Source: Pseudomonadota bacterium
GTDB lineage: Bacteria; Desulfobacterota; Desulfobacteria; Desulfobacterales; JBDRRP01
Direction of reading: 5' to 3'
Length of the DNA: 64,000 nucleotides
NCBI GenBank assembly: GCA_043825735.1
Contig: JBDRRP010000040.1
Coordinates: 62,001-126,000, forward strand
Under the pieces are notes generated by a model. The model had not been told where the DNA came from. It made no database searches and worked only from the letters and a program-made list of their open reading frames with translations. A program made the position numbers and the translations under genes. This document shows, one piece after another, positions 28,523 to 37,326 of this stretch (position 1 is the first letter of the stretch; every line of letters starts with the position of its first letter).

Positions 28523-29371
28523 TTACACCTGCACGCACGCCCCGGCGCCGAAGTAGGCCAGTCGGTCCCCCATGGTCCGTTTGAGCACGCCGTAGGCTTT
28601 TTTCCCGGTGCAGTGCCCCGTATACACCCGGCCCGCCGTCATGGCCATCAGCTGACGGCCGATATCGGCGACTTCCGTCGCCGAGCCGGCCATGGAGTTG
28701 AACATGGGCAGTCCAACCAAATGGAAGCCGCCGAAGGCGGTGGCAATGGGCGCCCCCGGAAACTGTTTTTGGACAGTGGCGAGCATGTTGAGAACGCCGC
28801 TGTGAGCGCAGCCGGTGAAGACTGACAGCGCCCCGTTTTGCCGGACCACCATGATCAATTCGTGCTGGAAGTCGTCCGGGCGGCAACGGCCGTCCTGGAC
28901 CACGAAAAGGTAGCGGTTTCCACCCGGTTTGGGGTAGGGGGCCGCGATGTCGGTCAACAAAAATACGTCGGGAAGGATCTCGGTCATCGTGTCGATGGTC
29001 TGAAAACGGTTTTCAAACCGATTGACGGTGCCGGGGTTCATGCCGATATTCTTTCGCAGGAACCCCAGGCCCCTGAACTGGCAGTTGCCGCTCGGGCCGT
29101 TTTTCAGATAAACGGTGGCCTGATCGTTTTTTTCAAAGAAGCGGTCGAGTCCGCCCGTGTGATCGAAATGGTGATGCGAGATTACCGCGGCTGTCACGGC
29201 GGAAAGATCCTTGCCCAGGACGGCCGCGTTGTCGGCAAAGGCCCCGGAAACGCCGGTGTCAAAGAGCACGGTGCCGCCGGGTGTTTCCACCATGTACGAC
29301 AGTCCGTGCTCGGCCACAATCCCGGCCGCCCCGGGGGCGGTGTCATTGTCCATCAATACTGTAACTTCCAT
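28523..29371 (-). CDS. MBL-fold metallo-hydrolase
   Basis: EHGLS, LFDTG, SHHHFDHTGG, GCAHSG, GGFHL, GHCTG. Confidence 0.9.
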   Translation of the reverse strand: MEVTVLMDNDTAPGAAGIVAEHGLSYMVETPGGTVLFDTGVSGAFADNAAVLGKDLSAVTAAVISHHHFDHTGGLDRFFEKNDQATVYLKNGPSGNCQFRGLGFLRKNIGMNPGTVNRFENRFQTIDTMTEILPDVFLLTDIAAPYPKPGGNRYLFVVQDGRCRPDDFQHELIMVVRQNGALSVFTGCAHSGVLNMLATVQKQFPGAPIATAFGGFHLVGLPMFNSMAGSATEVADIGRQLMAMTAGRVYTGHCTGKKAYGVLKRTMGDRLAYFGAGACVQV

Positions 29372-29607
29372 GATCTTTCCCCTCTTCGGTTATCGGTTGG
29401 CCTGGGGGGGCTTAAGCGAGTGTTGAAATTAGCATCGACGCGCCGCCCGGTCAACAGGGGCAACGGTTTCACGGCTTGACCGGTTGCGGTCGATGGCGTA
29501 GGGTGCTGACCCGGAATTCGGCCGCTGGGGCGGAAATTCCATTTTATTTTATCCGGGATGCCGCCTTCGGCGGGGGGCATCCAACGGCGCGAACAGGCAG
29601 AAGGCCA

Positions 29608-30687
29608 ATGCCCATCGAAAAAACGCATAGCGGACCTTCCGTTTGGGAAGGCGATCACTACCGCACGGTATTTGAAAACACCGGTACGGCCACCATGATC
29701 ATGGAGGCCGACACCACGGTTTCAAAAGTCAACCGGGAATTTGAACTGCTCAGCGGATACTCCAAGCAGGACATTGAAGGCCGGATGAGCTGGACCCGTT
29801 TTGTGCACCCGGACGATGTGGACAGGATGAAAGCCTATCACTACCGGAGACGGCGCAATCCGGAAGATCCCCCGAATGTTTACGAGTTCATTTTTGTCGA
29901 CCGCCTGGGCGTCCAGAAAAACATCTTGCTCCGGGTGGGGTTGATTCCGGGCACGGGGCAGAGCGTCGGCTCACTGATGGACATCACGGCCCGCCGTCAG
30001 GCCGAAGCCGCCCTGGAAAGCGGAAAGGAAACATTCCATAACGTTCTGGAGCATATCGAGGAAGGTTACTATGAAGTTGATCTGAAGGGGCGCTTTACCT
30101 TCGTCAACGGTCCGTTCTGTCGTTTGGTGGAACTCAGCCGGGAACACCTGCTTACTCTGGACAACCGGGACTATGCGAGCCCCAAGACCGCCCGGCGGAT
30201 GTTCGAGGTGTTTAACCGGGTCTTTCTCAGCGGCAGGCCGTCCAAGATCCGACAGTTCGAAGTGTCGCTGGAGCATCGCAACATGGTGGTGGAGCTCACA
30301 GCGTCGCTCATCAGAGACCCGGACAACAACCCCATCGGTTTTCGGGGCCTCATCCGGGATGTGACCGAGCGCATTCGGGACGAGGCCCGCCAGCGTGAAA
30401 ACGAGCGGCTCCAGGGGGTACTGGAAACCGCCGGCGCCGTGTGTCATGAACTCAATCAACCGCTTCAGAGCATTATGGGCTATTCACAGCTCATGGAAAT
30501 GGATCTGCCCATCGATCATCCGATACGGCCGAAACTCAAAAAGGTGCTCGATGCCGTGGACAAGATGCGCCAGATCACCGGCAATTTGATGAAAATTACC
30601 CGTTACAAGACGATGACGTATCTGGGCGACAGCCGGATCATCGATATTGAAAAATCCGCCAACGGCAAAACGGGCGACGGACACTAA
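29608..30687 (+). CDS. PAS-PAS-HisKA protein without ATPase domain
   Basis: Two PAS repeats, CHELNQPLQ H-box, ends YLGDSRIIDI. Confidence 0.85.
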   Translation: MPIEKTHSGPSVWEGDHYRTVFENTGTATMIMEADTTVSKVNREFELLSGYSKQDIEGRMSWTRFVHPDDVDRMKAYHYRRRRNPEDPPNVYEFIFVDRLGVQKNILLRVGLIPGTGQSVGSLMDITARRQAEAALESGKETFHNVLEHIEEGYYEVDLKGRFTFVNGPFCRLVELSREHLLTLDNRDYASPKTARRMFEVFNRVFLSGRPSKIRQFEVSLEHRNMVVELTASLIRDPDNNPIGFRGLIRDVTERIRDEARQRENERLQGVLETAGAVCHELNQPLQSIMGYSQLMEMDLPIDHPIRPKLKKVLDAVDKMRQITGNLMKITRYKTMTYLGDSRIIDIEKSANGKTGDGH

Positions 30688-30698
30688 ACGGAGGGCGG

Positions 30699-31316
30699 GT
30701 GTATCCGGGTGAGCGGTTTAACAGTATCAGTCATTTGATCGGGGCAGTTGCCGCGCTGGCCGGTCTTTCGATTCTGGTCGTCATCGCCGCCCGCCAGGGG
30801 GATCCGTGGAAAATCGTCAGTTTCAGCATCTACGGCGCAACGCTGGTGCTGCTCTATGTGTTCTCGACCCTCTACCACAGTTTAAAAAACCGTGCCAAAA
30901 CAGTGTTTCGCGCTCTTGATCATCAATCCATTTATCTATTGATTGCCGGAACATATACTCCTTTTACCCTGGTGAGCCTGCGCGGCGCCTGGGGCTGGTC
31001 GATGTTCGGCGTCGTCTGGGGGCTGGCCCTGCTCGGCATGACTCTGGAATTTATGCCTCGAAAAGGACACCGCATCCTGCCGGTGATCATCTATCTGCTG
31101 ATGGGCTGGCTGATGATGGTCGCACTCAAGCCATTGCTCCAAGCCTTGCCGGCAGCCGGGTTTTTCTGGCTTTTGGCCGGAGGCGGGTTTTACACTGTCG
31201 GCGTTGCTTTTTATGCTTTTGACAAAAAAGTACGGCACTTTCACGGCATCTGGCACCTGTTCGTGCTGGCCGGCAGTGTTTGCCATTTTTTCACAATTCT
31301 CTTTTACGTGGCCTGA
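30699..31316 (+). CDS. Hemolysin III/PAQR membrane protein
   Basis: NSISHLIG, STLYH, LDHQSIYLLIAGTYTPF, HGIWHLFV. Confidence 0.93.
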   Translation: MYPGERFNSISHLIGAVAALAGLSILVVIAARQGDPWKIVSFSIYGATLVLLYVFSTLYHSLKNRAKTVFRALDHQSIYLLIAGTYTPFTLVSLRGAWGWSMFGVVWGLALLGMTLEFMPRKGHRILPVIIYLLMGWLMMVALKPLLQALPAAGFFWLLAGGGFYTVGVAFYAFDKKVRHFHGIWHLFVLAGSVCHFFTILFYVA

Positions 31317-31515
31317 ACCTGCATGGCGCCAACATTTCCCGCGGCGTGTGGCGCGACACTGGCGGAAGCACCTTTGGAGCATTCGGTGAAACGTCGCGAG
31401 TGGTGGATTTAGACGAGAGCGGCCTGCGGCCAGGGATGCGGTTTTTGAAACAAATGCCTGGGGCACCGGCACCCTTGCGGGCGGCGGTGCCTCCGGAGCG
31501 GCAGGGTCGGGTGGG

Positions 31516-32346
31516 TTAGAATGCCATGGAACAAGTGACGCCACCGTAAAAGAAGCTCGCTTCTTTGGAAATACTCGCGGCAGTGAGCAAGTCCTTGGCG
31601 TTGCTCGATAGCGGGAAGCTGTAGGCCAGGTTCGGCGTGATCGTAAAATAGGTGGCGAAAGGGATCGCCAGGCTGGCGCTGAGCAGGCCGCTGTGGAAAT
31701 CGCGATATTTTTCGCTGGGATTATTGGGTTCGGCGAAGGCGTCATCGTCCGAATAGTAGTAGGACGCCGATGCCGACAGGTTGAGGCTCATTTCCCGGGG
31801 CAGGGCGATACCATGGGACACGGATGCCTGCAGGTACCAGGCCGGTGTGTGGGAAACCTCGCGATAGAGGGTCAGTGTCGGCGCCAGGAAGATGTCCAGG
31901 CCGGCGCTGGCATAAACCTCCTGGGAATCGTCCATGCCGTCCAGGCCGTAATAGATGTAGCCCGCGCCAGCGTTAACCATCCCAAAAGTGTTCGAATAGG
32001 AGAGGGTCATATCCGTCTCGGTCCAACCGGGCTCGGACCGGTCCCGGTTCCCGTCAAGCTTGGGGGCCAGATCCGTATCCAGATTGCCCCACAGGTTCAT
32101 CCCGAAACCCTTGTAGCCAATGGTGGCCGAAGGCTGAACCACCATGCTGCCGTTGCTCAATTCGTAACCGCGCCACACGTATTTGCTGAGAAAAGCGACG
32201 TCCAGGGCGGTGGTGGGACGCTCTTCGGATTCACAACGCGCCGGTGGTGCGACCGACAGGACAAGGGCAAGAACCAGGGCGACGGCAAAGATTCGGCGGA
32301 GTGGGCGGTGGAAAATCGGGGAGTTGATCAGGGCTGTCAGTTTCAT
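31516..32346 (-). CDS. TorF-like putative outer-membrane porin
   Basis: Signal peptide, SKYVWRG, ETDMTLSY, C-terminal Phe; AAGGAGA upstream. Confidence 0.75.
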   Translation of the reverse strand: MKLTALINSPIFHRPLRRIFAVALVLALVLSVAPPARCESEERPTTALDVAFLSKYVWRGYELSNGSMVVQPSATIGYKGFGMNLWGNLDTDLAPKLDGNRDRSEPGWTETDMTLSYSNTFGMVNAGAGYIYYGLDGMDDSQEVYASAGLDIFLAPTLTLYREVSHTPAWYLQASVSHGIALPREMSLNLSASASYYYSDDDAFAEPNNPSEKYRDFHSGLLSASLAIPFATYFTITPNLAYSFPLSSNAKDLLTAASISKEASFFYGGVTCSMAF

Positions 32347-32419
32347 CTGTGTCTCCTTTGGGGTGAGTGGATCGAATCATCGCCCGGAACGATTCCGGGT
32401 TGAGAACACAGCGGATATC

Positions 32420-32435
32420 AGCAACGACTGTGCCA
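32420..32435 (-). promoter_or_regulatory. Sigma54 promoter for the porin
   Basis: Minus strand TGGCACAGTCGTTGCT, near consensus. Confidence 0.85.
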
Positions 32436-32715
32436 GCATCTATGACTGGCGACAAATCGTTTAACATATAGAAATAATGAGATTTATTTTGTGAAAAGCG
32501 GTTTTCTGAAATGGCATTTAAAATACATATATGTAAATATTTTATTGGATAATTTCCATTATGTATAAAAAGGTGCCGTAAGGTGCAGGATTGTAGATTT
32601 GGTGGCTTGGCTTATGGCAACCGCTATAGAAATGCCGCAGCACCGAAAGCCGTGACTGCCGGTGTCGCCGACGAAAGAATTCGAATCTTCCCCGGCGGCC
32701 CCTTTTTCAGTCCAT

Positions 32716-35598
32716 TCAGGCGGAATCCAGTATTTTGCGGATAAGATGGGCCATGTCCTTCATGATCACGGGTTTCATGATGAAGGCTTTGATGCCCATG
32801 GCCGCAGCGGCCTCTTCGCTGAGCAGATCGCTGTAGCCGGTGCAGATGATCACGGGAATGTCCGGGCGGACGGCCAGCAGGCGGGCGGCCAGCAGGTCTC
32901 CGGTAATATGGGGCATGGTCATGTCGGTGATTACTGCGTCAAAGCCGGCCGGTGTCTCCAAAAATCGCCGCAGGGCCTCACGGCTGTCGGTAAACGTCTC
33001 CACGGTGTATCCCAGGCGTTCCAGAATTTGCCGGCCCAGATCAATCTGCAGCTGCTCGTCATCGACGAACAACACCCGCTCGGTACCGGTAGGCAGGATG
33101 CTCGCCGTCTCGAGCGCTTCAGGCGCTCCGGCTTCGATGGCGGGCAGGTAGACATGAAAGGTGGCCCCTTTGCCGGGGGCACTGTCGACGGTCACCATTC
33201 CGCCGTGGGCTTCGGCGATTCCATGGACGACCGAAAGGCCCAGACCGGTGCCTTCCCCCGGCGATTTGGTTGTAAAAAACGGGTCGAACACCCGGTTGAC
33301 GATGTCCGCCGGAATGCCCGGTCCCGAATCCTGAACGCTGAAGCGCAGGTACCGGCCTTCCCTTACTCCCGGGTACCGGGAGATGAACTCACCTGACAGT
33401 TCCACGTCTTTTAATGTCAGAAGCAGCGTGCCGCCGCTGTCTCGCATGGCTTGGGCCGCGTTGGTGCAAAGATTCATCACCACCTGGTGAATCTGTGTCG
33501 GGTCGGCCATGACGGCGGCCTGCGAGCTGAGATCCTTGTGTATGGCGATAGTGGTGGGCAGCGTGGCCCGAAGCAGTTTCAGGGCCTCTGAAACGATCAG
33601 CCGGATCTGGACCGGTTTGGGCTCCGGGTCTGTCTGACGGCTGAAAGCCAGAATCTGCTGCACGAGGTGCCGGGCGCGTTCACCGGCCTGGAGCACCTTT
33701 TGGAGGTTTTTCTTCAGGGGAGCGCCGTCGCCGGCATCGAGCAGGGCGATTTCGGTATATCCGATGATGGCCGAGAGGATATTGTTGAAGTCGTGAGCGA
33801 TGCCACCGGCCAGGGTGCCGATGGCTTCCAGCCGCTGGGATCGCTCCAGGCGTTCTTCCATGATGATGCGGCTGGTGATGTCACGCAGAAAATTCAGCGA
33901 GGCGGGAGCGCCCTCCCACTGGATATTGACCGCCTTGGACTCCACCCAGACCACCTGACCGTCTTTTCGGATTACCCGGTAGTTTAACAGGTGCTGAGGG
34001 GGCAGGCCTTTCATCTGCATTCGATGACGTGTGACGACCTCATCCCTGTCATCGGCGTAAACCAACTCGCTTAAAGAGCACCCCTCCAGTTCCTCGGCAC
34101 TGTAACCAGTGGCGGCCAGGGCCGCTTTATTGGGGAACTTGATGGTTTCGTTCTGAGCGATGAAGATGGCGTCGCTGGCGTTGTCGAAAATCTGGCGGTA
34201 CTTCTTCTCGCTTTCCCGAAGCGCCGTTTCGGCGCGGTTTCGAAACACACCGAGGGCGATTTCGTCGGCCACCGACGAGAGGGCCGCAACCGTGGCCTCT
34301 GTGATGGTGTGGCGGAAGAAAATGCCGATGACACCGAGCGCAGTCCCGTCCACGACCAGGGGATGGCCGGCAAAGGCTTTCATCCCCTCCCGAGCCGCCC
34401 ATTCCTGGTCCTGGATGTGCGGATCCCCCGAAACGGCATTGGTGAAGATGGCCCTTTTTTCACGGGCGATAACGCCGATTTTATACGGATAGTTTTTCAG
34501 TGAGAGGCGGCTGTGCCGTCCGTCAACGTGGGTGTATATGCCTGCACTGGCTGAGAGGCGAAGGAAATTTGCGTCATCGTCAAGCACCCAGATGCGGGCG
34601 AATGCGGCGCCCAGATGGGTCACCAGGTGCTCGGCGCAGTTCTGAAGCGCATCATCGATAAGGCCGGCCTGGGTAAGCGCCTTGCCGATGCCCGCTCCCA
34701 GCGCGAGCAGCGACACTTTCTCGGCATAGGCCGCGGCGTTCTTTCTTTCCTCAGTGACATCCACCTGGGTATTGATGAGGCAGTCCTTTCCTTGAAACGC
34801 AATGCGCTCAGCAGACCAGAGGAATTCTCGGATGCTCCCGTTTTTCATCGACAGCGAAACGGGTTGTGCAAAGAAATCGCCATTGATGCGGGCGTACGCC
34901 GTAAGTTCGTCCCGCCGGGTCGGGTCGGGCCAAAGGCCGAAGCTGGTGCTCGTGCGACCGATCACCTCTTCCCGCGTGTATCCGGTAGTCTTGCAGAAGG
35001 CCTCGTTGACTTCCAGGTAAAGACCGTCCGACAGGCGGGAGACGGTCATCCATGTGGGGTTTCGGTCGAAGAAATTCCGGAATTTGGATTCGCTTTCCCG
35101 CAGCGCCGATTCGGCCTGGATGCGTGGGGTGGCCTCATGGGTGATGACATAGAAAAAGCGCTCGCCGCCGTCGTGTATTTCGCGGACGGTGGATTCGAAA
35201 ACCAGCTCGTCTCCGTCGGGGGTAATGATCCGGTATTGAAGGTCTGTGATGTCCTGGTGGCCGTCCAGCATGTCCTGCCAGGCCCGGTCGACCCGCTCTG
35301 TATCGTCAGGGTGCACGCGGGTAAAGGGATCGGTGACGGCCATGGGGTTCCCGAATCGCCGCTGCCAGGCGGGATTGGCATAAATGGGGGTTCCCGTTTC
35401 GGTGGCCAGAATGATCAGATCGTGGGTATTGTTCAGGAGAGTTCGCAGGTGGGCAGCCATTTCCGTGACCGGGTTTGACGGCCCGGTGCCGGCGACATCC
35501 GGATGTGCGTTTGCCGGCGCATCGGTCAGGCACTGGCTATTATCTTCAGGCGTAGTCGAATCACGGCCCATGATATCCTCAGTTGAAGATGGGTTCAC
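32716..35598 (-). CDS. Hybrid sensor kinase PAS-PAS-GAF-PAS-HisKA-HATPase-REC (start may be 35571)
   Basis: AHDFNNIL, NLCTNA, DSGPG, PFFTTK, GTGLGL, VDDE, TDMTMP. Confidence 0.93.
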   Translation of the reverse strand: MNPSSTEDIMGRDSTTPEDNSQCLTDAPANAHPDVAGTGPSNPVTEMAAHLRTLLNNTHDLIILATETGTPIYANPAWQRRFGNPMAVTDPFTRVHPDDTERVDRAWQDMLDGHQDITDLQYRIITPDGDELVFESTVREIHDGGERFFYVITHEATPRIQAESALRESESKFRNFFDRNPTWMTVSRLSDGLYLEVNEAFCKTTGYTREEVIGRTSTSFGLWPDPTRRDELTAYARINGDFFAQPVSLSMKNGSIREFLWSAERIAFQGKDCLINTQVDVTEERKNAAAYAEKVSLLALGAGIGKALTQAGLIDDALQNCAEHLVTHLGAAFARIWVLDDDANFLRLSASAGIYTHVDGRHSRLSLKNYPYKIGVIAREKRAIFTNAVSGDPHIQDQEWAAREGMKAFAGHPLVVDGTALGVIGIFFRHTITEATVAALSSVADEIALGVFRNRAETALRESEKKYRQIFDNASDAIFIAQNETIKFPNKAALAATGYSAEELEGCSLSELVYADDRDEVVTRHRMQMKGLPPQHLLNYRVIRKDGQVVWVESKAVNIQWEGAPASLNFLRDITSRIIMEERLERSQRLEAIGTLAGGIAHDFNNILSAIIGYTEIALLDAGDGAPLKKNLQKVLQAGERARHLVQQILAFSRQTDPEPKPVQIRLIVSEALKLLRATLPTTIAIHKDLSSQAAVMADPTQIHQVVMNLCTNAAQAMRDSGGTLLLTLKDVELSGEFISRYPGVREGRYLRFSVQDSGPGIPADIVNRVFDPFFTTKSPGEGTGLGLSVVHGIAEAHGGMVTVDSAPGKGATFHVYLPAIEAGAPEALETASILPTGTERVLFVDDEQLQIDLGRQILERLGYTVETFTDSREALRRFLETPAGFDAVITDMTMPHITGDLLAARLLAVRPDIPVIICTGYSDLLSEEAAAAMGIKAFIMKPVIMKDMAHLIRKILDSA

Positions 35599-35658
35599 CG
35601 TATCGGTATTTCATAGCGTGTCCATCGGATTTTGGCAAAGCCACCGAGCGCTATTCTT

Positions 35659-35791
35659 GATGGCCATGTAAAAAGTCTGAATTCACCACAGAGGACGCAG
35701 AGGGCGCAGAGATAAACCTTTAATTATTAAACGCATTCTCGGTGTTCCGCTGCGCTCTCTGCGGTTCAAAATCACGTTTTACGGTTTGATC
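35659..35791. mobile_element. 133-bp MITE, copy 1
   Basis: GATGGCCATGTAAAAAGT...GTTTTACGGTTTGATC flanked by ATTCTT on both sides. Confidence 0.88.
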
Positions 35792-35797
35792 ATTCTT

Positions 35798-35956
35798 GAT
35801 GCTCCCGTAAAAAGTCCGAATCTCTCGCAAAGCCGCAAAGACCGCCAAGGAAAAATGTTATTTATTCCGTGTATTTTGTGTGTTCCGTGGTTCCATGTAT
35901 CGTTAAAGCAAGTTGGTTGTCTAATGATTAACCACGGGATACACGGACTACACGAA
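35798..35956. repeat. Left end of a related MITE (CGCAAAG-type interior) plus palindromic debris
   Basis: GATGCTCCCGTAAAAAGTCCGAATCTCTCGCAAAG starts right after the second ATTCTT; similar to 40892-40925 and 50260-50300. Confidence 0.7.
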
Positions 35957-36135
35957 TGTCTGCGACACCACTGTCGCGCCGGTGTCTGGGACGTTTGCGA
36001 TCTTCAGTCCAGTAAAGGGTATCGGCAAGATCGCGTTTTCCTCAAGTGGCGGTATTGCCGCACCTGTCCGGATGCTTAAGTTGGTAGCCGAACGGTGCAC
36101 ACCCCCAGGCCGCAGTGGCATGCAGGAGGAAACTC

Positions 36136-37152
36136 ATGATTCTTTACGACCCCGCGTTGAAATTCAATCTGAGCGATTTTGGGATATCCATTCCGATCTT
36201 TGACACCCGGGCAAGCAAGACCTTTGCCCACCTTAAAAACCACAAGACGCTCGGGTCCCTGTCCAATCAATGGCACCGGTACCCAGGCCCCGAATCGCTC
36301 AATCGCGAAGATCTGCTGCGAGTGCATGGTGCCGATTATGTGGATCGCCTCCTTTCCGATCACGTGGCCGATGAACTCATCAAAATCTATGAACTTGTGG
36401 ACGACGCCGGCCGCTACCACCGGTACGACCCCGCGGCAGCGCGGCTGCCGCTGGCTGAGCTCTTCAAGCAAATTCTGGCCCGGGCCGCCGGCAGCCTCCA
36501 GTGCTGCCGGTTGGCGCTGCAAAACGGGTTCTGCTTCAACTTCGGTGGCGGGATGCATCACGCCCAGTTCGATCACGGCAAAGGGTTTTGCCCTGTCAAT
36601 GACATCGTCATCGCCATCCGCCGGCTTCAGGCGGAAGGGTTGATCCGCACGGCCTGGGTGATCGATGTCGATGCCCACAAGGGCGACGGTACCGCAGCGC
36701 TGACCCGGGGCGACGCCACCATCACCACGCTCAGCATCCACCTGGGAGCCGGCTGGCCCCTGGACGAGGCGCCCGTGGCGGCCGACGGCACGCCCAACCC
36801 GTCGTTTATCCCCAGCGACATCGACGTACCGGTGTTCCCCGGAGAGGACGCCCAGTACCTGCCGCGTCTGGCCGCGGCGCTGGAGATCCTGGATGCCACG
36901 GCACGGCCGGATCTTGCCGTCGTGGTGTCGGGCGCCGATCCTTATGAAAAGGATGCCCTGCCTTCGACTGCCGGTCTGCGTCTCACGCTGGATCAACTGC
37001 TGGACAGGGACCAGATGGTCTACAACTTTCTCAGAAAGCGCAGCATCCCGTCAGCCTACCTGATGGCCGGCGGCTACGGTCATGAGGTGTGGCGGGTCTA
37101 CGCGCAGTTTCTGGAATGGGCTCTGTCGGGAATTTATGGCGCGGCAAAATGA
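36136..37152 (+). CDS. Histone-deacetylase-family amidohydrolase
   Basis: GGGMHHA, GFCPVND, IDVDAHKGDGT, GADP, AGGY; AGGAGG before ATG 36136. Confidence 0.9.
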   Translation: MILYDPALKFNLSDFGISIPIFDTRASKTFAHLKNHKTLGSLSNQWHRYPGPESLNREDLLRVHGADYVDRLLSDHVADELIKIYELVDDAGRYHRYDPAAARLPLAELFKQILARAAGSLQCCRLALQNGFCFNFGGGMHHAQFDHGKGFCPVNDIVIAIRRLQAEGLIRTAWVIDVDAHKGDGTAALTRGDATITTLSIHLGAGWPLDEAPVAADGTPNPSFIPSDIDVPVFPGEDAQYLPRLAAALEILDATARPDLAVVVSGADPYEKDALPSTAGLRLTLDQLLDRDQMVYNFLRKRSIPSAYLMAGGYGHEVWRVYAQFLEWALSGIYGAAK

Positions 37153-37164
37153 CTGATTAAGATT

Positions 37165-37298
37165 GCGGGAAAAAGAATAACTGTAGAAATCACCACAGAG
37201 GACGCAGAGAGCGCAGAGATAACTTACTAATCATTCGGTATATTCTCTGCGGTTCTCTGCGTCCTCTGTGGTTCAAAATCACTTTTTACGGATTCATC
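37165..37298. mobile_element. MITE copy 2, left end degenerate
   Basis: Same interior and right end ACTTTTTACGGATTCATC; flanks AAGATT/AATATT. Confidence 0.75.
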
Positions 37299-37326
37299 AA
37301 TATTGCCGGCCGACGCCGAATCGACA

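Noticed and set aside
32542..32569. dif-like site TTATTGGATAA-TTTCCA-TTATGTATAAA
   Set aside because: Both arms deviate from dif consensus and it lies in an AT-rich promoter region; GC-skew data would be needed
35786..36079. Small ORFs translated from repeats (also 37227-37475, 40893-41090, 45746-46045, 50398-50619)
   Set aside because: QRTQR, SRKDRQ and RRGAE peptides are readings of the periodic palindromes
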